Shown one piece after another: positions 27,705-40,074 of a stretch of DNA of 64,000 nt (position 1 is its first letter; every line of letters starts with the position of its first letter). The stretch comes from Nitrospiraceae bacterium. Lineage in GTDB: Bacteria; Nitrospirota; Nitrospiria; Nitrospirales; Nitrospiraceae. The DNA is taken from positions 1 through 64,000 of the forward strand of contig JBBIQV010000011.1 in the NCBI GenBank assembly GCA_037442105.1, in the 5' to 3' direction. Made by a program: the position numbers and the translations under genes. Under the pieces are notes generated by a model, which saw only the letters and a list, made by a program, of their open reading frames with translations, searched no databases and was not told the origin of the DNA.

Positions 27705-29483
27705 ATGGAAAAGCGCGTCGTCATCTTCCTCATCATCTCGTTGACCATCATTATTGGGTACGACTATGTCCTCAAGGAACTCGGGCTCTTGCCACAACCT
27801 TCCAAGACCCAGGAGTTGGGAAGCTCCGAACCCTCAACTCCTGTTCGTTCGGATTCCGGACAACCCCCTACTTCGGTGGGCATTGCTGGCCAACCCGGCA
27901 CCTCGCTGAATCGAGAAGCCACTACTGAACAGAGTCACAGGAACCAGGCGGGTGGAACTGCATTGGACGAACAGACGGTGCAGGTCGATACGACTCTCTT
28001 CCGGGCCAGTTTTACCAATCGCGGCGCGGTGGTGAAGAGCTGGGAGTTGAAACGATACTACGCCAGCGCTTCTGATGGGCAAAAACTTGTTCAACTGATC
28101 AACCCGGAGACGAAGTTTCGCCGACCGCTGGCATTGACCGTAGAGGATCAAGCGCTGACGAAATTGCTTGGTGAGGCCTTGTACCAAGTTGAGCGGGATT
28201 TTGAATCGTTGGACTCCATGCATCCAAGCGGACATGTGACATTTCGGTTCGCTGATCCCGACCGGAAGCTGTTGATTGAGAAGCAGCTTACCTTTCACCA
28301 CGATAGCTATGTGGTAGATATTGCTCTCAAGACCGAAGGCCTGACGGGGCCTTTCGATATCGGCCTGGGGACCAATTTCGGCATTGTGGAATGGGGTGAA
28401 GGGTTTATCGGCCTGATCGGTTCCGCCTCGCTGGTTGATGGAAAGGTTGAAAAAGAAACACCGGACACGGAGTCTGAACGAAAAGGGGCTGTGCGATGGG
28501 TAGCACTTCAGGACAAATACTTCCTGAGCGTCCTGATGCCCAGTCGCGCATCGTCCGCGTTGGCCAAGAAAGAGGGGGATAAGTTGGTCTCAGCCGGTGT
28601 ACGAATGGCGTCCCCAGGCGTTGGCCCGGCATTGACTCTGAAGTTGTTCGCAGGTCCCAAGGAGTATGACACGCTGAGGGCCCTTAATGTGGGCTTGGAA
28701 GATACGATCGACTTTGGATGGTTCATCTTTGGAAGCTGGAGTTTCGTCAAGGCCGTGGCGAAACCGATTTTTTATGTGCTTCGGTTCCTTCATGACTACA
28801 CCCACAACTACGGGCTCACCATCATCCTGTTGACGGTGGGGATCAAACTGCTGTTCGTCCCGTTGCAGTATAAGAGTTACAAGTCGATGAAGCAGATGCA
28901 GGTGATCCAGCCCAAAGTGCTTGCGCTGCAGACCAAGTATAAGGATGACCGCGATCGGCTGAACAAGGAGCTCATCAAGCTCTACCGCGATCACCGGGTG
29001 AATCCGGTGGGAGGCTGCTTGCCCATGGTGCTCCAGATGCCGGTGTTCGTCGCCCTCTTTAATATCTTGTATATGACGATCGACTTGCGGCAGGCTCCAT
29101 TTACCCTATGGATCAAAGATCTCTCCGTTCAGGACCCGTACTATGTGCTTCCCCTCGTGATGGGAGCCACCATGGTGATTCAACAGAAAATCACGCCCAC
29201 CACGATGGATCCCACCCAAGCGAAAATCATGTTGATCCTCCCCGTGTTCATGACTTTCCTCTTCATCACCTTTCCTGCTGGCCTGGTGCTGTACTGGCTC
29301 ACGAATAACGTGTTGACGATTGGGCAACAGATCATCACGGATCGCTACATCCTCGGAAATCGTCCCATGCTAGCGACCTCTTCAGGGTCTGATACCGGCG
29401 AGGTAACCCTTGCCGAAGGAGGCTCGTCGGGAAAGCGGCGGAAGGTGTCGGCTGGTTCCACCGAAGGCGGAGAGCAAAGCTAA
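27705..29483 (+). CDS. yidC: Membrane protein insertase
   Basis: FTNRGA, NPVGGCLP, LWIKDLS, GLVLYW. Confidence 0.96.
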   Translation: MEKRVVIFLIISLTIIIGYDYVLKELGLLPQPSKTQELGSSEPSTPVRSDSGQPPTSVGIAGQPGTSLNREATTEQSHRNQAGGTALDEQTVQVDTTLFRASFTNRGAVVKSWELKRYYASASDGQKLVQLINPETKFRRPLALTVEDQALTKLLGEALYQVERDFESLDSMHPSGHVTFRFADPDRKLLIEKQLTFHHDSYVVDIALKTEGLTGPFDIGLGTNFGIVEWGEGFIGLIGSASLVDGKVEKETPDTESERKGAVRWVALQDKYFLSVLMPSRASSALAKKEGDKLVSAGVRMASPGVGPALTLKLFAGPKEYDTLRALNVGLEDTIDFGWFIFGSWSFVKAVAKPIFYVLRFLHDYTHNYGLTIILLTVGIKLLFVPLQYKSYKSMKQMQVIQPKVLALQTKYKDDRDRLNKELIKLYRDHRVNPVGGCLPMVLQMPVFVALFNILYMTIDLRQAPFTLWIKDLSVQDPYYVLPLVMGATMVIQQKITPTTMDPTQAKIMLILPVFMTFLFITFPAGLVLYWLTNNVLTIGQQIITDRYILGNRPMLATSSGSDTGEVTLAEGGSSGKRRKVSAGSTEGGEQS

Positions 29484-29500
29484 CTTCACAGAGTCAGCCA

Positions 29501-30952
29501 ATGCGCGGAGGGCTGGAAGATACCATCTGTGCCATCGCCACTCCTCTCGGTGAAGGCGGTATCGGTATTCTCCGCGTCAGCGGGAACCGGGCGATTGAAG
29601 CGGTTTCTCCTCTCGTGCAGCTCCGATCAGGCAAGCCGCTCTCCCAGGTTCGGAGCCACCACCTCTATCTTGCCGATATCCTCTGGCCTTCGGGCGAACG
29701 CTGTGCTGGTGCCGGCCTTACCCAATCCACTGGTCGAGATCACCGCGGACGGGTTATCGAAGAAGCCTTGGTCGTGGTGATGAGAAGCCCACGATCCTTT
29801 ACTGGCGAAAACGTGGTCGAGATTCATTGCCACGGGGGGGCCCTTGTCTTGCAGACAGTCTGTGAGGCGTGTCTGGCGCACGGCGCGCGCTTGGCCGAGC
29901 CGGGCGAATTTACCAAGAGAGCGTTCTTGAACGGACGACTCGATTTGACCCAAGCAGAAGCGGTGCTCGATACGATCCGTGCGAAAACGACTATAAGCTT
30001 GAAACTCGCTCAACAGCAACTGAGAGGTGGGTTGTCATCAGAAGTTGGCCGTGTTCGGGACGCACTGGTCAGTATGCTGGCTCATGTCGAAGCCGCCATC
30101 GATTTTGCCGAAGAGGATATCACCTTTGTCGGGCACGAGGAACTGCGCGCGTTGATTCAGTGGGCGAAGGAGCGGATAACCCAGATGATCAAGACGTCGC
30201 AGGAGGGGCGAATCCTACGCGAGGGCGCGACAGTTACGATCTTAGGGAAACCGAACGTGGGGAAATCGAGTGTGATGAACGCGCTGCTACGCATGGATCG
30301 CGCGATCGTCACGCCGATTCCCGGCACGACGCGCGATGTCCTGGAAGATTTCATCAATGTGCGCGGTGTGCCGGTTCGTTTGCGCGATACAGCCGGGATT
30401 CGAGTGACCAGTGATCCCGTCGAATTGGAAGGCATCCGTCGGAGCCATGAGGCACGAAGGGAAGCCGATCTGATTCTGGTCGTTCTTGATGGAGCGGAAC
30501 CACTAACCGTGGAGGACGCAGAGATCCTCCGGGGGCTCGGGGAAACCAAGTGCGTGATCGTGGCGAATAAGGCGGATTTGCCGTGCCAATGGACGAGCGC
30601 AGAACTGTCGAAGATCTTGCCGCAAGAATTGAATGCAGTCGTTAGGCAAGTGTCTGCCAAGACTGGATCGGGCATCGAAGAACTCAAGGACTTGATGCGA
30701 TCGCTTCTGATTTCAAATCATCCTGAGGCCAGCGAGGGAGTGGTCATAACGCACGTGCGGCATCTGTCCGCATTGCAGCGCGCTAACGAAGGGCTGGAGC
30801 ATGCAGGAGTCTCGATAGTTGAGGGACTTCCTGGCGAGGTGATCGCGACCGACTTGCGAATTGCGACCGAGGCCTTGGGGGAGATCAGCGGCGAGATCAG
30901 CACCGACGAGGTGCTTGATCGAATTTTTTCAGAGTTCTGTATCGGAAAATAG
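29501..30952 (+). CDS. mnmE: tRNA modification GTPase
   Basis: DTICAIAT, GKPNVGKSS, DTAG, NKAD, FCIGK terminus. Confidence 0.97.
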   Translation: MRGGLEDTICAIATPLGEGGIGILRVSGNRAIEAVSPLVQLRSGKPLSQVRSHHLYLADILWPSGERCAGAGLTQSTGRDHRGRVIEEALVVVMRSPRSFTGENVVEIHCHGGALVLQTVCEACLAHGARLAEPGEFTKRAFLNGRLDLTQAEAVLDTIRAKTTISLKLAQQQLRGGLSSEVGRVRDALVSMLAHVEAAIDFAEEDITFVGHEELRALIQWAKERITQMIKTSQEGRILREGATVTILGKPNVGKSSVMNALLRMDRAIVTPIPGTTRDVLEDFINVRGVPVRLRDTAGIRVTSDPVELEGIRRSHEARREADLILVVLDGAEPLTVEDAEILRGLGETKCVIVANKADLPCQWTSAELSKILPQELNAVVRQVSAKTGSGIEELKDLMRSLLISNHPEASEGVVITHVRHLSALQRANEGLEHAGVSIVEGLPGEVIATDLRIATEALGEISGEISTDEVLDRIFSEFCIGK

Positions 30953-30964
30953 CCAGGAGGTCTT

Positions 30965-32857
30965 GTGGCTCGGCATTATGACGTGCTTGTCGTCGGGGGT
31001 GGTCATGCAGGCTGTGAGGCGGCCCTCGCTGCGGCCAGAATGGGAGCGCGCACGTTACTGCTCACCATGGATCTGGAACGGATCGCACAGATGTCCTGCA
31101 ATCCGGCGATCGGTGGCATTGCAAAGGGCCACCTTGTGAAGGAGATCGATGCGCTTGGGGGCGAGATGGGCCGTAATGCGGATCGAGCCGGGATCCAATT
31201 TCGCATGATCAATACAAGCAAGGGACCTGCCGTCCGCGCACTGAGAGCGCAATGTGATAAGGCGCTCTACCGGCGTACCATGCAAGAGATCCTCAGGGCT
31301 CAGGATGGACTAGACCTCGCGCAGGGAACGGTTGATCGGCTCCTAACCGAGGGGGACAGTGTGGCAGGTGTCATGACAAGCTCAGGAGAACAGATACGGG
31401 CAAAGGCCACGATTGTAACTTCAGGCACATTTCTTAATGGACTTATTCATATCGGAATGAATCGTTTCCCGGCCGGACGCGCGGGTGAGGCCTCTGCAGA
31501 GCATTTGTCAGACTGTATGCGTGATTTAGGATTCGACGTAGGACGGCTGAAGACAGGGACGCCACCGCGACTTGATCGGGACACGATTAACTTTTCAGTG
31601 ATGATCCCACAGCCCGGCGATGATCCGCCGCCGCCGTTCTCTCACCGCACAGAAATGATAACGACGCCACAGGTTCCGTGTTATCTGACTTATACCAACG
31701 AGGAAACGCACCGAATCATTCGTGACAACCTCGATCGATCACCCCTGTACAGCGGCGTAATCGAATCGATTGGCCCTCGCTATTGTCCTTCGATTGAAGA
31801 CAAGGTCGTGCGGTTTGCCGATAAAGAGCGGCACCAAGTATTCATCGAACCTGAAGGCCTGGAGACGCGGGAATTTTACCCGAATGGGATCTCAACGAGC
31901 TTGCCCGTTGATGTCCAGACAGCTATCTTGAAAACTATTCCCGGCTTAGAACATGTTCGTATGCTCAAACCTGGCTATGCCGTAGAGTACGACTATTTTC
32001 CTCCAAGGCAGCTACATCCAACTCTCGAAACCAAGTTAGTCGCCGGGCTGTTTCACGCTGGTCAAATTAACGGTACCTCGGGTTATGAAGAAGCAGCAGC
32101 GCAGGGGATTATTGCGGGGATCAATGCTGTTCTCCGAGGACGCAACGAGCCTCCGCTCGTGCTTGATCGGTCGCAAGCATATATTGGGGTCCTCATTGAT
32201 GACCTGATCACCAAGGATGCCCGTGAGCCGTACCGCATGTTCACCTCTCGGGCCGAACATAGGCTTTTATTGCGCCATGACAATGCTGACTTTCGGTTAA
32301 TGGAAATCGGGCATAATTTAGGATTGGTCTCCAGAGATGCGTTTGCGAAATTGGAATGTAAGAAAGAGATAGTAGCCAAGGAGATCAGCCACCTGAGAAA
32401 GGTTCGTCCTCTCTTGTCGTCCGAAGCCAGAAAGAAAATCGCCGCTGCCGGTTTGAGCGAGATTTCTCCAACACATACTTTGGGTCAACTGCTCAAGCGG
32501 AAGGAGTGGACCTATTCAAGGCTCACCTCTCTATTGAACCACGAAGGAATCAAGGAAACTGAGCTATCTGAAGCAGTTGAGATCGAGATTAAGTATGAAG
32601 GCTATATAAAGAGACAATTGCAACAAATTGATCGATTCAAGAGATTAGAAAAGCGAGGGATTCCAACAAACTTCGATTATGACGCGGTCGTAGGGTTTTC
32701 CCGTGAAGTCCGAGAAAAACTAAGACGTGTGAGGCCAGCATCGATAGGACAGGCCTCGCGTATTTCCGGTGTCACACCTGCTGCAATCTCTCTCTTGCTT
32801 GTTGAGTTAGAACGTCAGAAGAGAAATGGGAAGGAGTTTTATGTTGCTCCGAGTTAG
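30965..32857 (+). CDS. mnmG: tRNA uridine-5-carboxymethylaminomethyl modification enzyme
   Basis: [47 protein letters not shown]. Confidence 0.98.
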   Translation: MARHYDVLVVGGGHAGCEAALAAARMGARTLLLTMDLERIAQMSCNPAIGGIAKGHLVKEIDALGGEMGRNADRAGIQFRMINTSKGPAVRALRAQCDKALYRRTMQEILRAQDGLDLAQGTVDRLLTEGDSVAGVMTSSGEQIRAKATIVTSGTFLNGLIHIGMNRFPAGRAGEASAEHLSDCMRDLGFDVGRLKTGTPPRLDRDTINFSVMIPQPGDDPPPPFSHRTEMITTPQVPCYLTYTNEETHRIIRDNLDRSPLYSGVIESIGPRYCPSIEDKVVRFADKERHQVFIEPEGLETREFYPNGISTSLPVDVQTAILKTIPGLEHVRMLKPGYAVEYDYFPPRQLHPTLETKLVAGLFHAGQINGTSGYEEAAAQGIIAGINAVLRGRNEPPLVLDRSQAYIGVLIDDLITKDAREPYRMFTSRAEHRLLLRHDNADFRLMEIGHNLGLVSRDAFAKLECKKEIVAKEISHLRKVRPLLSSEARKKIAAAGLSEISPTHTLGQLLKRKEWTYSRLTSLLNHEGIKETELSEAVEIEIKYEGYIKRQLQQIDRFKRLEKRGIPTNFDYDAVVGFSREVREKLRRVRPASIGQASRISGVTPAAISLLLVELERQKRNGKEFYVAPS

Positions 32858-32963
32858 GGAAGGTCTGACTCGACCTTGGATTGTCACACGGTCGGTTGGG
32901 CCATGGCTTTCTCACCAATGAGGACAAGAAAATAGCTTGACCTGTTTGACCACTTTCACGTAA

Positions 32964-33668
32964 ATGTTCCACGTGGAACTTGGCAGATCACTCAGGGAGT
33001 ATTTTGTTCACTCCGCGGCGGGCTTGGACATTGAGCTTTCAGCGGAGGCAATCGAAAAGTTCTCTATCTATTTGAATGAGCTAATTTCTTGGAATAAGAA
33101 AATCAATCTCACGGCAGTTACGGATAAGAAAGAAATCCTTGTAAAGCACTTTCTTGACTCCTTAATGGGTGGCAAAGCAATCGATCAAGAAATGAATTCT
33201 TTGATTCTTGATGTTGGGAGTGGCGCGGGATTTCCCGGAATTCCACTTCGAATTTTTCGAGGAAGTCTGAATCTGTTGCTCATTGAACCAAACAAAAAGA
33301 AGGTGGCGTTCCTCAGACACATTCTTGGATGCCTTCATCTCTCAGGAGTCACAGCGTTCCAAGGAACCTTTGACGATTTTCTCAATGAAAGAACTCGGTC
33401 GAATACTATTGGCTGGATCGTAAGCCGTGCGCTCAATGTGGAAAGGATCTTGACACAATTCCATTCGGCGCTAGGGATCAATGGCAGAATCATGTTGTAT
33501 CGAACCATGCCTTATACAGAAAACAGCAACGTGAGCCTTCAAATTGATCGTGAGATTCACTACCAACTTCCACACGGCTTTGGAGAAAGAGTTTTGACTA
33601 TACTGAAAGTACCCGATGCTGTTTATCAGACAGTCAATCCCCTCACGCTCATGGCAACTCATGAATAA
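32964..33668 (+). CDS. rsmG: 16S rRNA m7G527 methyltransferase
   Basis: WNKKINLT, HFLDSL, LDVGSGAGFPGIPL, VSRA; start uncertain. Confidence 0.93.
   Translation: MFHVELGRSLREYFVHSAAGLDIELSAEAIEKFSIYLNELISWNKKINLTAVTDKKEILVKHFLDSLMGGKAIDQEMNSLILDVGSGAGFPGIPLRIFRGSLNLLLIEPNKKKVAFLRHILGCLHLSGVTAFQGTFDDFLNERTRSNTIGWIVSRALNVERILTQFHSALGINGRIMLYRTMPYTENSNVSLQIDREIHYQLPHGFGERVLTILKVPDAVYQTVNPLTLMATHE
32965..32980. promoter_or_regulatory. parS site (15/16 match)
   Basis: TGTTCCACGTGGAACT, overlapping the rsmG ATG. Confidence 0.85.
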
Positions 33669-33680
33669 AAGGCAGCTTTT

Positions 33681-33696
33681 TGTTCCACGTGGAACA
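33681..33696. promoter_or_regulatory. parS site (perfect palindrome)
   Basis: TGTTCCACGTGGAACA immediately upstream of parA. Confidence 0.95.
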
Positions 33697-33763
33697 GAAT
33701 CCTAACCATCGTAAACCAAACTAACCATCCAACTACCTTTTGCGCCTGAGTGAGAGATTCTTC

Positions 33764-34540
33764 GTGCAGCGAATCGTTTGTGTCGCCAATCAAAAAGGTG
33801 GTGTTGGGAAAACCACGACTTCTGTGAACTTGGCTGCGGCAGTCTCCCTACAAGGACACTCGGTATTGTTGGTGGATATGGACCCTCAGGCAAATGCCAC
33901 AAGCGGCCTCGGAATTGACCCGAGAACATCACCGGTATCAATATATAATTGCTTGATAAAACAAGATAATATTGGAAATGTCTTGTGTCATACTGGGGTG
34001 AATGGATTGGACATTTTGCCAGCGAGTGCGGACTTGGCCGGGGCTGAAGTAGAACTCGTTCATGTCGAAGATCGTGAATCTATCCTCAAGTCGGTCCTTA
34101 GTCAAATTAGTGACCACTATGCGTTTGTGTTTATCGACTGTCCGCCAGCTCTAGGCCTCCTAACGATCAATGCATTGGTGGCGGCGTCTGCAGTCCTCAT
34201 TCCCGTTCAATGTGAGTACTACGCAATGGAAGGTCTTGGTCGGCTTGTGACCAACATTGAGAGGATCCGGCAATCATGGAACCCCGGGCTGGAAATGCAA
34301 GGCATCCTCCTCACAATGTACGACTCGAGAAACACCCTTGCACGCCAAGTGGCCGAAGAAATCCGGGGGTACTTCAAAGAGAAAGTATATCGAACCGTGA
34401 TCCCTCGTAATGTGACACTGGCGGAGGCACCAAGCTACGGGCGGCCAGCCATGCTATATAACGCTGCATCAACAGGTGCGCAGGCGTACCTGTCACTCGC
34501 TAAGGAGTTCTTAGGTCATGGAGAAAAAAGCACTTGGTAG
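33764..34540 (+). CDS. parA: Chromosome partitioning ATPase ParA/Soj
   Basis: NQKGGVGKTT, DMDPQANAT, IDCPP, LAEAPSYG. Confidence 0.97.
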   Translation: MQRIVCVANQKGGVGKTTTSVNLAAAVSLQGHSVLLVDMDPQANATSGLGIDPRTSPVSIYNCLIKQDNIGNVLCHTGVNGLDILPASADLAGAEVELVHVEDRESILKSVLSQISDHYAFVFIDCPPALGLLTINALVAASAVLIPVQCEYYAMEGLGRLVTNIERIRQSWNPGLEMQGILLTMYDSRNTLARQVAEEIRGYFKEKVYRTVIPRNVTLAEAPSYGRPAMLYNAASTGAQAYLSLAKEFLGHGEKSTW

Positions 34541-35366
34541 AGGGCTCGACGCGCTGTTGCCACTAGCACGGGTTGGTACTGCCTCTGAGCATGCCGATGT
34601 TCAAGAGCTGTCGATCGATTCGATCGTGCCGAATCGATTCCAGCCGAGGCAAAGTTTTCCTGAGATGGAACTGGTCGAACTCGCGGAGTCGCTAAAACAG
34701 AATGGTCTTCTACAGCCAGTTCTTGTAAGGCGGAAAGGAGATGGAATATTTGAGTTGATTGCTGGAGAGCGACGGTTGAGAGCAGCCAAGCTTGCCGGTC
34801 TGACCAAGATCCCTGGATTGATCCGAAATTGTAACGACGAAGAATCGATGATGCTGGCCCTCGTCGAGAATATCCAGCGCAACGACCTCAATCCCATGGA
34901 AACAGCACGAGCCTACCACCGCATGATGAACGAATTTGGCCTTACACAGGACATAATTGCGCAGAAAGTCGGGCGGGAGCGGTCGTCAATTGCAAATTTT
35001 GTCCGCTTGATCAACCTTCCGGAGGAAGTCCAGCAGCTCGTTGAATCAGGAAAACTTTCCACCGGCCACGCAAAAGTTATACTGGGATTACTCGCGCCAG
35101 ACATGCAAATCAAACTAGCCCGTCAAATTGTTGACGCGCACCTATCTGTCCGTGAAGCCGAACAAATTCTCTCTTCAGAATCTACAAGACGGCGAAAAGG
35201 ACGGCTCTTACACCGTCGCAGTTCTCTAACTGGAATAGAGGAACGTCTCCAAAAACACCTCGGGACCAAGGTACGCCTTGTTCGAGGCCGACGGGGAGGA
35301 AAAATTATCATCCAGTATTTCTCATCCGAAGAGCTCGATGGTCTGATTGAGAGGCTCTTAGGTTAG
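34518..35366 (+). CDS. parB: Chromosome partitioning protein ParB/Spo0J
   Basis: ALGRGLDAL, QPR, LIAGERRLRA, ENIQRNDL, HTH. Confidence 0.97.
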   Translation: MEKKALGRGLDALLPLARVGTASEHADVQELSIDSIVPNRFQPRQSFPEMELVELAESLKQNGLLQPVLVRRKGDGIFELIAGERRLRAAKLAGLTKIPGLIRNCNDEESMMLALVENIQRNDLNPMETARAYHRMMNEFGLTQDIIAQKVGRERSSIANFVRLINLPEEVQQLVESGKLSTGHAKVILGLLAPDMQIKLARQIVDAHLSVREAEQILSSESTRRRKGRLLHRRSSLTGIEERLQKHLGTKVRLVRGRRGGKIIIQYFSSEELDGLIERLLG

Positions 35367-35533
35367 CTTTCTGATCGCTCGTCTCTATCCTACTTTCCCG
35401 TTAGCCTCCAAAAAAGGCACATTTTTTGCGTTCCCCTAAAGAAATTATTCAACTCTTCCCATGATCAACCGATACAGAACCAGCGGTCAACAGGGCTCAC
35501 CACTCATAGTTCTAATCGGGAGGGTTGCTCATC

Positions 35534-36040
35534 ATGTGGAAGCAAGACAAGCCTGAGACGAAGCGCGGGAACGCAGCCAATGAGGAGGAAGTAGAAGAAA
35601 GTGTCCAAGCTCCACCGGTCGCAAGGGCTGAAGCCACGGAGGATGTCAGCGCCTTCGTAGGTAAGGGAGTCGAATTCAAAGGGACCATCACCTACAACGG
35701 TACTGTGCGTATCGATGGATACCTCGACGGTGAAATCCACACGGAAGGTGTATTGCTCGTTGGCGAAGAGGCGGTGATTACCGCGAAAGTCAGTGCAGGG
35801 ACGATTGTGTGTAAGGGGAAGATTACCGGCGACATCGTGGCAAAAGAGAAGGTCAAGCTCCGAGCTCCGGCCGTGATTAACGGAGGGGTCAAGACACCCA
35901 TGCTCTCGATTGAAGAGGGAGTGTTTTTCAACGGCACTCTTGAAATGGCCCAAGCACCGGTGCGCGAGGTACCGCGAGAGACTGGGCTGCACACAGTCGG
36001 AATGCCGGCAGGGCCTTCCTTGAAACGGGTTGCGGGGTGA
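35534..36040 (+). CDS. Bactofilin (polymer-forming cytoskeletal protein) 1
   Basis: VGKGVEFKGTI, VRIDGYLDGEI, IEEGVFFNGTLEM beta-helix repeats. Confidence 0.92.
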   Translation: MWKQDKPETKRGNAANEEEVEESVQAPPVARAEATEDVSAFVGKGVEFKGTITYNGTVRIDGYLDGEIHTEGVLLVGEEAVITAKVSAGTIVCKGKITGDIVAKEKVKLRAPAVINGGVKTPMLSIEEGVFFNGTLEMAQAPVREVPRETGLHTVGMPAGPSLKRVAG

Positions 36041-36154
36041 TCCCAGCTCCAACGCAACATCGAATAGACTGAGGAAAGAGCTCGGCTGAGAATCATAGGT
36101 CGCTCGGCAGTGGAATTATGCAGCGGTCTATCGATCGAAACCGAGGAAGAGCGC

Positions 36155-36601
36155 ATGTGGGCACTTGGGGATAAGAAGACGAAGACCGAAACGGAAGAAG
36201 ACAACTTTACCTTTCTGGGGAAGGGTGTCGACTTCAAAGGCATTGTCAACTTCGATGGGACCGTCCGCATTGATGGACGGCTCGAAGGAGAAATTCATAC
36301 CACAGGAACCCTCATTGTCGGCGAATATGCCGTCATCATGGGAATTATTTCGGCAGGCACGGTGGTCACCAGCGGGAAAATCAATGGCACGGTCACCGCT
36401 ACCGAGAAAATTCAGATCCTCAAACCGGGTATCGTGATCGGCGATATCCGCACTCCCTCCATCTCCATCGAAGAGGGCTCGCATTTCCACGGCGTGTGTG
36501 ATATGGGTGCCCACAAGTGGGTAGATGAGCATGCGTCGCCCAGTAAAACCGTTCACGACCTCGCAACCTACCGGACCAAGGTACGCGCCCAAGACTTGTG
36601 A
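36155..36601 (+). CDS. Bactofilin 2
   Basis: LGKGVDFKG, VRIDGRLEGEI, IEEGSHFHGVCDM. Confidence 0.92.
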   Translation: MWALGDKKTKTETEEDNFTFLGKGVDFKGIVNFDGTVRIDGRLEGEIHTTGTLIVGEYAVIMGIISAGTVVTSGKINGTVTATEKIQILKPGIVIGDIRTPSISIEEGSHFHGVCDMGAHKWVDEHASPSKTVHDLATYRTKVRAQDL

Positions 36602-36646
36602 TTCCAGCCCTCTATCCCCAACATCAACGATGAGTGAACAGGGACC

Positions 36647-37726
36647 ATGAAGCGTCCAGCCGTTCTACTCGGGATGAGCGGCGGAGTAGATAGCTCCGTC
36701 GCCGCCGCGCTGCTCGTGCGAGAGGGGTACGACGTCTCCGGCATCACGCTCCAAGTATGGGAGCAGGAGGATGAAACCGTTGCGACCTCCAAGCGATGGC
36801 AGGAACGTGGCTGCTGCAAAGTGGGGATTGCCCGGTACGTCGCGGAAAAGCTGGGTATCCAGCATGAGGTCGTTGACACACGCCAAAGCTTCCGTTCAGG
36901 GGTGATCGACGATTTTCTGGCGGGCTACCTATCCGGGACGACTCCGAATCCCTGCATCAGGTGCAACGAACGCGTCAAGCTCCGCTCGCTGGTGCAGATC
37001 GCGCAAGAACGCGGCATCGACTATGTTGCTACAGGACACTACGCCCGCATAGTGAAAGAGCAAGGAACCATCAGCCTGCGCAAGGCGCACGATCCGCGAA
37101 AAGATCAAAGCTACTTCCTCTATCGGATCGACCCAGTATGGCTGCCGCGATTGCTCTATCCTGTGGGTGGCATGCAGAAGACAGAAGTCTGGGCGGAAGC
37201 TGAGGCATTAGGATTGCCAACCGAAGAGCTGAAAGAAAGTCAGGAAATCTGCTTCGTCAGCCAGGGCGACTATCGAACCTTTATCGAACAGGAAGCGCCT
37301 CAAGCAAAGCGCCCAGGAACCTTCGTTGATATGCAGGGACGACCATTGGGAGAGCATGAAGGCATCGCCTTCTACACGCCAGGCCAGCGTCGTGGGTTGG
37401 GAATTGCCGCCGGACAGCGACTCTATGTGCAGAAAGTGGTTCCCGAGACCCGCACCGTTATTCTAGGGCAAGAAGACAGTCTGTTGTGGTCCGAGTGCCG
37501 CGTGAGTGACCTGAATGTATTCGACCGGCTGATGCTGACGGCCCCAATGGAAGCAGAAGTGAAAGTTCGCTATGCAACGCCTGCCTCGCCGGCAACCCTC
37601 CACCCGGGCGGTGATGGGACAATTCGCGTCTTGTTCCACGCTCCGCAACGTACGCTCAGCCCAGGCCAGTCGGCCGTCTTCTATCGCGGCGACCTGGTTC
37701 TCGGCGGCGGCATCATTCAGCGGTAG
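36647..37726 (+). CDS. mnmA: tRNA 2-thiouridine(34) synthase
   Basis: GMSGGVDSS, TPNPCIRCN, ATGHYA, KDQSYFL, ESQEICF, PGQSAVFY. Confidence 0.97.
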   Translation: MKRPAVLLGMSGGVDSSVAAALLVREGYDVSGITLQVWEQEDETVATSKRWQERGCCKVGIARYVAEKLGIQHEVVDTRQSFRSGVIDDFLAGYLSGTTPNPCIRCNERVKLRSLVQIAQERGIDYVATGHYARIVKEQGTISLRKAHDPRKDQSYFLYRIDPVWLPRLLYPVGGMQKTEVWAEAEALGLPTEELKESQEICFVSQGDYRTFIEQEAPQAKRPGTFVDMQGRPLGEHEGIAFYTPGQRRGLGIAAGQRLYVQKVVPETRTVILGQEDSLLWSECRVSDLNVFDRLMLTAPMEAEVKVRYATPASPATLHPGGDGTIRVLFHAPQRTLSPGQSAVFYRGDLVLGGGIIQR

Positions 37727-37859
37727 CTATTTCCCTCCTCTTTTTTTTGCCCTTCTCAGCCGGACATGCTCCAGATGGTTTTATCTGCACACGCACTACG
37801 CGAGCACAAAAGCCATCTGGAGTCTGTCCGGGTCTCCCTACTTCTGTTTCCCTCGCTTC

Positions 37860-37889
37860 TTGACACATCCTGCTCACGAATGCTAGGTT
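37860..37889 (+). promoter_or_regulatory. Sigma-70-like promoter of the F1 atp block
   Basis: TTGACA-18 nt-TAGGTT with TG extension. Confidence 0.55.
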
Positions 37890-37966
37890 GGCGCGCTTTT
37901 TGTCGTGCCTACCCGCACGAAAGCTTCTCGCCTGCTCACAGCGAGAGGTTTCATCGGAATCGTTCT

Positions 37967-38506
37967 GTGATTAAGACAGCAGTCGCACGGCGCTACGCTA
38001 AAGCTCTGTTTGATCTTCTGGATCAGCCCAGCATCGAGCCGGCTCGTGCCGCGCTCAACGGACTGGGTCGCGCTGTGGCAGAATCCTCGGCGCTGCGCCA
38101 CGTCCTGGCCTCGCCGGCATTTGGCCCCGAGGAAAAGCTCGCTGTGCTGACGGAGTTGGCAGCCCGCCTCACGTGCCCGCCTGCCGGAAACAATTTTCTC
38201 GCGCAGCTCGTGAAGAAAAACCGCGTCGGGTTCCTCCCGGAGATCGCGGATGCCTTCGCCAAGTTAGTGGACGAGGCGAAAGGCACGCAGCAAGTTACCG
38301 TGTCCTCCTCCATGACGCTCGACGAGGCAGAGCAGAAGCGAATCCGGACCCGGCTGCGCGATCTCCTGAAACGCGAAGTCGACGTGGTTTTCGAGACCAA
38401 CCCCCGGCACCTCGCCGGCTTGCATATTCGAATCGGCAGCACCGTCGTCGACAGCACGATTCGTGGACGGCTGACCGCTATGCAGGGCCTATTGACGAAG
38501 GAGTAG
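37967..38506 (+). CDS. atpH: ATP synthase F1 subunit delta
   Basis: [27 protein letters not shown]. Confidence 0.93.
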   Translation: MIKTAVARRYAKALFDLLDQPSIEPARAALNGLGRAVAESSALRHVLASPAFGPEEKLAVLTELAARLTCPPAGNNFLAQLVKKNRVGFLPEIADAFAKLVDEAKGTQQVTVSSSMTLDEAEQKRIRTRLRDLLKREVDVVFETNPRHLAGLHIRIGSTVVDSTIRGRLTAMQGLLTKE

Positions 38507-38508
38507 TT

Positions 38509-40026
<1,518 letters not shown>

Positions 40027-40074
40027 GATTTGTTGATTGTGTGACCTGGCGACTTATCGTACTTTCTGTAAGAG

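Noticed and set aside
31300..35500. Horizontally acquired low-GC island
   Set aside because: Covers syntenic core genes, changes gradually within mnmG, and has no mobility genes or boundary repeats.
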